Below are positions 56,672 to 64,000 of a stretch of 64,000 nucleotides of DNA, piece after piece; position 1 is the first letter of the stretch, and each line of letters starts with the position of its first letter. The translations under genes and the position numbers were made by a program. The notes beneath the pieces were generated by a model. It was given only the letters and a program-made list of their open reading frames with translations, was not told the DNA's origin and made no database searches. The DNA is taken from positions 14,437-78,436 of the forward strand of contig JBBQEL010000008.1 in NCBI GenBank assembly GCA_038320645.1, written 5' to 3'. The DNA is from Holophagales bacterium (GTDB lineage Bacteria > Acidobacteriota > Holophagae > Holophagales > Holophagaceae).

Positions 56672-57127
56672 TCAGAACGGAATGTCGTCGTCGGGGAAGC
56701 TATCGCCGCTACCGGCTGGGCTGGGGGCGCCGTGGTCCTCGAGTTCCTGGGTACCGCCGCGGCTGAAGCCGCCCTCGCGGTTGCCGCCCTCCTCCATGCG
56801 CCCGAGCATCACGAAGTTGTCGCAGCGGATGTCGCAGAAGGTCTTCTTCACACCAGCCTGATCGGTGTAGTCGCGGTACTGGATGCGCCCTTCGACCATG
56901 ATCTGCTTGCCCTTGCGCAGGTACTTCTCGGCGATCTCGGCCTGCTTGCCCCAGACCACAATGTTGTGCCACTCGGTCTTGCTCTGCTTCGTGCCGTCCT
57001 GGCCCTTCCAGGTTTCGGTGGTGGCGATGCTGAAGCGGGCCACATTCTGGCCCGAAGGCGTGGCCTTCAACTCGGGATCCTTCCCCAGGTTGCCGATCAG
57101 CAAAACTTTATTCAATGAACCGGACAT
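56672..57127 (-). CDS. ssb: Single-stranded DNA-binding protein
   Basis: SLNKVLLIGNLGKDPE, TEWHNIVVWG, C-terminal DDDIPF. Confidence 0.98.
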   Translation of the reverse strand: MSGSLNKVLLIGNLGKDPELKATPSGQNVARFSIATTETWKGQDGTKQSKTEWHNIVVWGKQAEIAEKYLRKGKQIMVEGRIQYRDYTDQAGVKKTFCDIRCDNFVMLGRMEEGGNREGGFSRGGTQELEDHGAPSPAGSGDSFPDDDIPF

Positions 57128-57224
57128 GATGTCCTCCTTGGAACGGCGGAGCTCTCCGCCTCACCGACGACTCAGACCATCTGAGGGGGTGGTAGGGTGA
57201 TGAGGTTTGCGCTGAGGGAAAGCC

Positions 57225-57971
57225 ATGTCAAGTGCCAACTCAAACCTCCTGGTGAGCTGCAAAAACAAGTCCGGCGCTGAGAAGCATTACCTTCCAGCCC
57301 TGAGGGCCGCAGGCTGGACCGGGACCATCCACTTGCTGGCGCCAGGCGACCCGCTGCCGGATCTGGCAGCCGCCTCAGGCCTGCTGCTGACCGGCGGCTA
57401 TGACATCCACCCGCGGCACTGGGATGCGACCGAAGCGGTGCATCCCGCCGCCGAAGTGGACGAGGCCCGCGACGCCTTCGAGATCCCGCTGATCCGCGCG
57501 GCCTGGGACCGGAACCTGCCCATCTTCGGCATCTGCCGGGGCGAGCAGATCCTCAACGTGGCCTTGGGCGGCAGCATGATCCAGGATGTGCCCGATCATT
57601 TCGCCTGCGAAGGCTCGCGGCACCAGCACGGCACGCCCGACGCACCCGATATGCACCACCGCGTGCAGCTGGCGCCAGGCTCCCGCCTGCGGGCGCTGCT
57701 GGGCGAGGATGTCTTTCTGGTGAACAGCCGCCATCACCAGGCCGTGCAGCGGGTCGCTCCGCCCCTTGTGGCCGTGGGCTGGCACCTCGATACGACCCAT
57801 CCGGGCACCGGCCCGATCATCGAGGCTCTCGAGGCCACCGATCCCGCCCGCTGGGTCTTCGGTGTCCAATGGCACCCCGAGAACCTCGTCACCCTCAAAG
57901 GCCCCGCCGGAGACGCCGCCAGAGACCTATTTTCGGCGTTCGTGCAGGTCGCACAGCGGGGACAGGATTAA
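57225..57971 (+). CDS. Peptidase C26 / class I glutamine amidotransferase (PuuD-like)
   Basis: LLLTGGYDI, FGICRGEQILNVALGG, VNSRHHQAV, GVQWHPE. Confidence 0.9.
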   Translation: MSSANSNLLVSCKNKSGAEKHYLPALRAAGWTGTIHLLAPGDPLPDLAAASGLLLTGGYDIHPRHWDATEAVHPAAEVDEARDAFEIPLIRAAWDRNLPIFGICRGEQILNVALGGSMIQDVPDHFACEGSRHQHGTPDAPDMHHRVQLAPGSRLRALLGEDVFLVNSRHHQAVQRVAPPLVAVGWHLDTTHPGTGPIIEALEATDPARWVFGVQWHPENLVTLKGPAGDAARDLFSAFVQVAQRGQD

Positions 57972-58056
57972 CAGGATTTCAAAACCAACCGTGCCCTTGT
58001 CTCTTTCAGTCGCTTGAATCCTGTTAATCCAGCTTTTCATCCTGTTAATCCTGTCC
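57960..58056. repeat. Palindromic 9-mer-based element with 18-bp terminal inverted repeats
   Basis: ggacaggattaacaggat (57960-57977) and atcctgttaatcctgtcc (58039-58056); a third partial copy, aatcctgttaatcc, at 58017-58030. Confidence 0.8.
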
Positions 58057-58094
58057 TGGCTTTTCCTTTGCAAAGCTGGCGGGCACCTTCACGG

Positions 58095-60893
58095 TCACCG
58101 GGCCAGGAAGGCGGCCCTGATCCCATCCAGCTCCGCGCGGAGCTCGGGGGCCTGGCGGCGCGGGTCCGCCATGGCCTGGGCCAATTCGGTCATGGCAAGC
58201 TCCCGCTGGCCGGCATGGAAGGCCGCCCAGGCTTTGGCCCGATGCACATAGGGTGAATCCAACTCCCCGGGAGGGAGGGCCGCCAGCTGTCTCTGTGCCA
58301 GTTCCGCTTCGGGCCTTGGTTTGCGGAGCAGACATTCCGCGAGCGCGGCCTGGGCGTTCGCCCGGATCCCGGGCGTCACCCCCTCAGGCAGCAGGTCCAG
58401 GACGCTCTGATAGCCCTGCCGGGCCTGCGGGAAGCGCTGCTGCAGGCGGTCCAGTTCCGCCCTGTAGAACTGGCACTCGGCTTCGACGGTACGCAGACCC
58501 AGCTCCTTCGCCAGGGCCAGGGCCTGACCGTGGAACGCCGCCGCCTCCGGCACCAGCCCTTTCATCAGGGCCAGGATGCCCAGATTGCGCAGGCAGGTCG
58601 CCTGGCCGCCCCGATCACCCACGGAAACGCGCGTGGCGAGCGCCCGGGTCAGCCAGGCCTCCGCGGCCGGAAGGTCCCGCATCATCAGGGCGACCACACC
58701 CAGGTTGTTGCAGGCGAGGGCCTCACCCCAGCGGTTGCCAAGGCCCTGTTGCAGCTTCAGGTTGGTCTGGTACAGGGCCCCGGCCGTGCCGAGGTCGCCC
58801 TGCTTGAGAGCAAGATTCGCCAGGTTGTTCTGCGCCAGGGACAGGTAGAACTGATCCCCGGTCTGCTGGCTGAGATTCAGGGACCGCTGGTAGAAACCGG
58901 CGGCCTCCTGGTTCCGGCCCCGCTCGGCCGCGATGAGGCCCAGGTGGTTGTAGACCACGGTTTCACCATCCCGGTCCCCAATGGTCTGGGCGAGGGACAG
59001 CGAGCTCTCCCTGAGCCGCTGGGCTTCATCCAGCTGGCCCTGGTCCTTGGCCAGGTAGGCCTTCAGGCCCAGCGCCCGCACTTCCGCCCACCGGTCTCCC
59101 GTGGCCTTGGCCGACATCAGCGCCCAATTGGCCACAGCGGCGGCCTGGTCCCGTCCCAGCCGGCGCAAGCAGGCGGCATAGCCCGATACCGCGCCGGAGA
59201 AGGCTGGCGCTTGCAGAGCGGCTTCGCGCAGGTAGGGCTCGCTGTTCTTGAAATCCCCCTTCAGGAACAGCGCCTTCCCCTTGGCGTAGGTCGCGAACAC
59301 CGCGGGGGGAACCGGCAGGCTCCGCGTCTGGCTGGCGCGCAGGGGATCCACCTTCCGCAGCAGATCGTGGGCCGCCGGATCCACTAGCGCGTAGGGTGCG
59401 AACGAATCCAGCTGGGCCGCCCGGGCCGAACCCGAGGCGCGAATCCGCCCCGAGCCATCCAGCAATTCGTAGAAAAACACGGGCAGCCGCGTGGCCGGTT
59501 CGTAGCTCAGTGCCCCCCGCAGGAACAGCTTGGCCCCCAAGGCGCTGGCGATCCTGGGCTGGCTGGCCGGCTCCATGGCCTCGGCCGGGGTCAGGCGTAA
59601 ACCGGCAATCACGCGGGTGACGGACTCGGCTTCCACGACGGCCAGGCTGGGGGAACCCTGGAGGGCCGAGGCCAGCAGTTCCGTCATTCCCACCCCCACC
59701 AGGGCGTCGAGATTCGGATCTCCGCTATCGTTGCGGATCGGCATCACGGCCATCCGCGGCGACTGTTCCTTCACCAGATCCGCGATGATGCTGCGGCCGA
59801 AGAGGTAGTACCCGAGTCCAAGCACCAGGACAAGCGAGGCCAGGGTGACACCGGCCCACCAGAAGGGTGGATTCCGCGTCAGCTGGTGGGCGAGGAACTC
59901 GGCCACCTGCTGGCTCGAGGGCCGCTGCTCGGCGTCCTTGTGGAGCATCGCCCGGAGCAGCGTGCCCAGGCGCCGGGGCAGCCTGGGACTCCGGAGCGGT
60001 TTGAGGGCCCCGTCGAGGGTGGCTTGCATCCTGTCCCGTCCTTCGCCGGGGAAGGGGTGCTCACCGAGCAGCAACTCCCAGGCGACGATCCCCAGGGAGA
60101 AGACGTCGCTGGACGGTCCGGCCCGCTTGCCCCGCATCTGCTCGGGCGAGGCATAGACAGGGCTGCCCACGAAGCGGCCGACTTCTGTCATGTCATCCCA
60201 GGTGAAAGGACCGGACGGAGAGGGCAGCGAGTCCTGCTGAGCCCTCGCGTCCGCATGGCTGGGCGAGGCTTCGACCAGCGTGAGTGCGTCGTCCTCCCGC
60301 CCCGCCAGAAGGGTCAGGTTCGGCGTGTTGCCAGTGATGGCATTGCCCTTGGTCGAGGCCGAGTCCGCCAGCCGGGCGAGGCCGAAGTCGAGCACCTTGA
60401 CCTGCCCGGAAGCATCCACCATCACGTTGCTGGGTTTCAGGTCGCGGTGGACGATGCCTTTCGCATGGGCCGCCTCAAGGGCCGCGGCGATGGCTTGCAG
60501 CACCTGCAGTTTCTGGCGCAGATCCAGGCCCTCCGCCACCTTCAAAAGGGTCCCGCCCTCGATGAACTCCATGGCGATGAAGGCGTTCCCGCCCGCCTCC
60601 ACCCAGTCGTGGACCTGGCAGACATGGCGATGGTTGAGCTGGGCCAGAGCCATGGCCTCCCGCCGGAAGCGCGCGGTGGCAGCCTCCTTCCCATCCGCAC
60701 CCAGCCGGATGGATTTGAGCGCCACCTTTCGTTCCAGCACCGGATCCCAGGCCAGGTAGACCGCCCCCATGCCGCCCTGCCCAAGCAGGCTCTGCACCTG
60801 GAAGCGGCCAATCCGGGTCCCCGGTGCCAACGGCCCCGGACCCGGGGGGCCTGGTGTCACCCCATCTGGGGAAGCTGGCGTCACGGGCTGCAT
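58095..60893 (-). CDS. Membrane Hanks-type Ser/Thr kinase with TolB_N-like domain and TPRs
   Basis: LGQGGMGAVY, VALK, HRDLKPSN, DFG, YASPEQ, SDVFSLG, one TM, AVMPIRN, many TPRs (NNLANL, NNLGVV, RNLGIL). Confidence 0.93.
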   Translation of the reverse strand: MQPVTPASPDGVTPGPPGPGPLAPGTRIGRFQVQSLLGQGGMGAVYLAWDPVLERKVALKSIRLGADGKEAATARFRREAMALAQLNHRHVCQVHDWVEAGGNAFIAMEFIEGGTLLKVAEGLDLRQKLQVLQAIAAALEAAHAKGIVHRDLKPSNVMVDASGQVKVLDFGLARLADSASTKGNAITGNTPNLTLLAGREDDALTLVEASPSHADARAQQDSLPSPSGPFTWDDMTEVGRFVGSPVYASPEQMRGKRAGPSSDVFSLGIVAWELLLGEHPFPGEGRDRMQATLDGALKPLRSPRLPRRLGTLLRAMLHKDAEQRPSSQQVAEFLAHQLTRNPPFWWAGVTLASLVLVLGLGYYLFGRSIIADLVKEQSPRMAVMPIRNDSGDPNLDALVGVGMTELLASALQGSPSLAVVEAESVTRVIAGLRLTPAEAMEPASQPRIASALGAKLFLRGALSYEPATRLPVFFYELLDGSGRIRASGSARAAQLDSFAPYALVDPAAHDLLRKVDPLRASQTRSLPVPPAVFATYAKGKALFLKGDFKNSEPYLREAALQAPAFSGAVSGYAACLRRLGRDQAAAVANWALMSAKATGDRWAEVRALGLKAYLAKDQGQLDEAQRLRESSLSLAQTIGDRDGETVVYNHLGLIAAERGRNQEAAGFYQRSLNLSQQTGDQFYLSLAQNNLANLALKQGDLGTAGALYQTNLKLQQGLGNRWGEALACNNLGVVALMMRDLPAAEAWLTRALATRVSVGDRGGQATCLRNLGILALMKGLVPEAAAFHGQALALAKELGLRTVEAECQFYRAELDRLQQRFPQARQGYQSVLDLLPEGVTPGIRANAQAALAECLLRKPRPEAELAQRQLAALPPGELDSPYVHRAKAWAAFHAGQRELAMTELAQAMADPRRQAPELRAELDGIRAAFLAR

Positions 60894-60990
60894 GGTCAAG
60901 CCTGAGGAAAGGCGTTCACGAAACGGGGAACACGCGAAACATTCGGCCGGGGCTTCGATGCCTGGGCGCCAGATCCGCCCGGGTCAATCC

Positions 60991-61293
60991 CTACCGTATC
61001 CCGCGGCTCTGGGCCGCTTCGATGAGTTCCTTGATGCGGCGGGCATCGGCCTTGGTGTGGCCATGGCTGGTGAGCGGATCGCTGCCGCCCGTGCTTTCGA
61101 TGGTGATGTCGGACCAGAGCACCCCCGTGTCGATGCGGACACTGGCCACCTTGGAGAGGTGGATGCTGATCTCATTCACCGAGAACCAGGAACGCTTGCG
61201 ACGCACCACCGCTGAATCCGAGACTTCGATGACCGTGGTGAACAGGTGGTTGCCCTTGGTCCAGCGGCTGGCCTTGAAGGTTTCCACAGCCAT
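60991..61293 (-). CDS. Bacterial PH-domain-like small protein
   Basis: MAVETFKASRWTKGN...RKRSWFSVNEISIHLSKVASVRIDTGVLWSDITIESTGG. ATG overlaps the upstream TGA. Confidence 0.75.
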   Translation of the reverse strand: MAVETFKASRWTKGNHLFTTVIEVSDSAVVRRKRSWFSVNEISIHLSKVASVRIDTGVLWSDITIESTGGSDPLTSHGHTKADARRIKELIEAAQSRGIR

Positions 61294-62261
61294 CAGAGGG
61301 CCTCCTTCGCGGCCACGACCACGGCCTGGGGTGTGACACCATAGGCCTCCAGCAGCTTCTCCGGCTTGCCGCTCTGACCGAACAGGTCTTTCACGCCCAC
61401 GCGGCGGACCGGCATGGGATGCGCCTCGGACAGGATCTCCGCCACGATGCCGCCCAGGCCGCCATGGACCTGGTGCTCCTCGCAGGTGACCACGGCCCGG
61501 TGCTGCTTCGCCAGGGCCACGAGGGTGTCCCGGTCGAAGGGCTTGACGGTGGGGCAGTGCAGCACGGTGGCCGAGATGCCCTCGGCGGCCAGCAGCTCTG
61601 CCGCATTCAGACAGATGCTGGTGCCCAGGCCGCAACCCACCAGCAACACATCCTTGCCCTCGCGCATGACCACGGCCTTGCCCAGCTTGAACGTGTAATC
61701 ATCGGCATGGATACGGGGGAACTTGTCCCGGGTGAGGCGGATGTAGACCGGGCCCTGGTGGGCATAGGCGAAGCGTACGGCCTGCTTGGTCTCCAGCGCG
61801 TCGGCCGGCGAGATCACCGTCATGCCGGGGATCATGCACATCAGCGCGAGATCCTCCAGGCACTGGTGGGTGCCGCCATCCTCGCCCACGGTGAGGCCCG
61901 CATGGGTGGCGACGATCTTCACGTTCTGGTGGCCCACGCCCACGGCCTGACGCACGATTTCATAGGCACGGCCCGTGGCGAACATGGCGAAGGTGCTGAC
62001 GAAGGGCACCACGCCCGTGGTGGCAGCCCCGGCGGCGGCGGCCACCATGCCCTGCTCAGCGGCGCCCATGTTGAAGAAGCGCTCGGGAAAAGCCTTGGCG
62101 AACTTGCTGGTGCGGGTGGAGCCGGCCAGATCGGCGTCGAAGACGATGAGGTTAGCGCCCTCATTCCCCAGTTCCACCAAGGTGTCCCCGTAGGCGTCCC
62201 GCAGGCTGTCCATTACCCCACCCACCTTGCCGCCCACACCTGCCGTTTCCATGCCTGCCAT
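61293..62261 (-). CDS. Transketolase C-terminal (pyrimidine-binding + C) subunit
   Basis: DADLAGST, RFFNMGAAEQGM, THAGLTVGEDGGTHQ, GPVYIRL, EEH, GLG. ATG 62261 has a GAGGAG RBS. Confidence 0.92.
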   Translation of the reverse strand: MAGMETAGVGGKVGGVMDSLRDAYGDTLVELGNEGANLIVFDADLAGSTRTSKFAKAFPERFFNMGAAEQGMVAAAAGAATTGVVPFVSTFAMFATGRAYEIVRQAVGVGHQNVKIVATHAGLTVGEDGGTHQCLEDLALMCMIPGMTVISPADALETKQAVRFAYAHQGPVYIRLTRDKFPRIHADDYTFKLGKAVVMREGKDVLLVGCGLGTSICLNAAELLAAEGISATVLHCPTVKPFDRDTLVALAKQHRAVVTCEEHQVHGGLGGIVAEILSEAHPMPVRRVGVKDLFGQSGKPEKLLEAYGVTPQAVVVAAKEAL

Positions 62262-62344
62262 GACCCATCTCCTCGAAGGTTCCAGTCTACGCGAAGTGCA
62301 GGCCGGCACCGCTGCGCGGCGCCAGTAGCCGGTAGGCTGGAGAC

Positions 62345-63346
62345 GTGGCTAGATTCCTCCGACCCTCGTCCCTCATCTGGGGCACCTTCCTCGCCCTGAG
62401 CGTGGCCGCTCTGGCCCTGCGGCTGTGGAGCCCTGGCCATCCTGCCCTCCCCTGGCTGACGGCGGCCCTGCTGAGCCTGCTGGCGCTGCGGGTCGGCACC
62501 CTGCTCCTGGATTGGCAGCAGGGCCGCATCCCCGGCACGCGGCTCCTCTTGCCGGCGGTCCTGCTGACCGAGGGGCTGAGCCTGGCCATGGCCGGAGCCT
62601 CCCGGGTGGCTATTACAGTCCGCTTCGCCACGGCGGTGGCCCTGGAGCTGCTCCTCCTCGCCTTGGCCCTTCGCGCCCTGCGCCAAGCCCGGACCCTCCA
62701 GGCAGAATGGCCAGAGGAGCGGATTGCGGCCGCCTTCGCGGCCTTCGTGCCGCCCCGGGTCGCGCGGCTCATGGCGCTGGAACTGGTGCTGCTCGGCAGC
62801 GCCTTCCGATTCCTCGCTGGCGGCTTCCGGCAACCGGCGCCACCGGGCTTCAGCCTCCACCAGGAGAGTTTCCTCCGGGCCTTCCTCCCGGTGCTTCCCC
62901 TGCTCATCCCCACCGACCTGTTCCTGATCCATACCCTGTTCCCGCACATGGCCCCCTGGCTGCGCTGGTGCATGCACCTCTCCACCCTCTACGCCGTGTT
63001 CTGGATGACGGGGCTCTACGCGACCTTGAAGCTGCGACCCCACCGGGTCGACGGGACCACCGTGGATCTACACATGGGCCTCCTGGGCGCCATGCGTTTG
63101 CAGAAGGCGCAGGTGCTGTCGGCGTCAACACTGCCGGAGTTCGACGACGACTGGGCCAAGCGCGAGTACATGAAGGGGATGCACAGGCTCCTGCGGACCG
63201 GGGTACCCGCGGTGGAGCTGCGACTCAGGGAGGCACTGCCCATGACCGGGCTGCTCGGGCCCTCCCAGCAGCTCCGTGACCGCGTGGCCGTGTCCGTGGA
63301 TGATCCTGCCGCCTTTCTCGCCGCCCTGGGCCGCCCATGCGCCTGA
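62345..63346 (+). CDS. Multi-TM membrane protein with soluble C-terminal beta domain
   Basis: About 6 TMs, then RPHRVDG...[12 protein letters not shown]. Confidence 0.65.
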   Translation: MARFLRPSSLIWGTFLALSVAALALRLWSPGHPALPWLTAALLSLLALRVGTLLLDWQQGRIPGTRLLLPAVLLTEGLSLAMAGASRVAITVRFATAVALELLLLALALRALRQARTLQAEWPEERIAAAFAAFVPPRVARLMALELVLLGSAFRFLAGGFRQPAPPGFSLHQESFLRAFLPVLPLLIPTDLFLIHTLFPHMAPWLRWCMHLSTLYAVFWMTGLYATLKLRPHRVDGTTVDLHMGLLGAMRLQKAQVLSASTLPEFDDDWAKREYMKGMHRLLRTGVPAVELRLREALPMTGLLGPSQQLRDRVAVSVDDPAAFLAALGRPCA

Positions 63347-64000
63347 GCCTCCCCATCGATTCCCTGCTGCCGGAGATCACCGCGAGCCTGGGCGGAACTC
63401 CGAACCTGGTGCTGCAGGCGGATCCCGGCGCGGGCAAGACCACCCGTGTGCCTCCGGCCTTGCTGGAGGCGGGCCTGCTGAGGGACGGCGAATGCTGGAT
63501 CCTCGAACCCCGCCGCCTGGCCGCGCGCCTGGCTGCCACCCGCGTGGCCGAGGAGTTGGGCGAACCCTTGGGCCAACGGGCGGGTTATGCGGTTCGCTTC
63601 GAGCAGAAGGTGTCGAAGGCCACGCGCCTGCGCTTCGTCACCGAGGGCCTGTTGCTGCGCCGCCTGCACGGCGACCCGTTGCTGAAGGGCATCACGGCCG
63701 TGGTGCTGGACGAATTCCACGAACGGCACCTGCACACGGACCTGGGCATCACCCTGTTGCGCCGCCTCCAGCGCACCTCGCGGCCCGAGCTGAAGCTGCT
63801 GGTGATGTCGGCCACCCTGGATCCGGGCCCGGTGGCCGCCTACCTCGACGCGCCCGTGCTGAAGAGCGAGGGCCGGGTCTTCCCCGTGGAGACGGCCTTC
63901 CAGCCCCGGCCCGACGACCGGCCCATCGAGCTGCAGGTGGCCGACGCCCTGGATCGCCTCTACGCCGAAGGCCTGCGGAACCACACGCTGGTATTTCTCC
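63337..64000 (+). CDS. hrpB: ATP-dependent helicase HrpB, 3'-partial (not in ORF track)
   Basis: Manual translation from ATG 63337: [10 protein letters not shown]...[12 protein letters not shown]...[11 protein letters not shown]...[10 protein letters not shown]...VLDEFHERH...MSATL. Confidence 0.93.
   Translation, partial: MRLSLPIDSLLPEITASLGGTPNLVLQADPGAGKTTRVPPALLEAGLLRDGECWILEPRRLAARLAATRVAEELGEPLGQRAGYAVRFEQKVSKATRLRFVTEGLLLRRLHGDPLLKGITAVVLDEFHERHLHTDLGITLLRRLQRTSRPELKLLVMSATLDPGPVAAYLDAPVLKSEGRVFPVETAFQPRPDDRPIELQVADALDRLYAEGLRNHTLVFL

Overview
High-GC bacterial chromosomal window. Gene content and style suggest an acidobacterium, possibly Holophagae/Geothrix-like; this is an unverified impression. 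It is mostly housekeeping: pntAA-AB-B, feoAB with a 52-aa Cys-rich ORF missing from the ORF track, pgsA-like, rluB-like, ribA, nrnA-like, add, fur, RNase P RNA, tonB, recO, two ABC-F ATPases, rsmG, ybeY, yebC, tRNA-Arg(CCT), tcdA, ssb and partial hrpB. No transposase, integrase, prophage or CRISPR array is visible. The left end (1-4085) is an accessory redox cassette: a family 1 encapsulin shell gene overlapping an exported di-heme cytochrome c gene, then a non-heme haloperoxidase-type hydrolase, a hydrolase remnant and a CarF/TMEM189-like desaturase broken by an in-frame TAG. Other unusual items are a degenerate MCP fused to a family-5 solute-binding-like domain, a tautomerase-like/winged-helix protein divergent from fur, a tandem pair of secreted coiled-coil paralogs, YbeY and RluB with long basic tails, a beta-barrel-SPOR fusion, a candidate structured RNA at 5451-5628, and 7-mer and 9-mer palindromic repeat elements. 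All family calls come from motif recognition by eye; no database searches were run.
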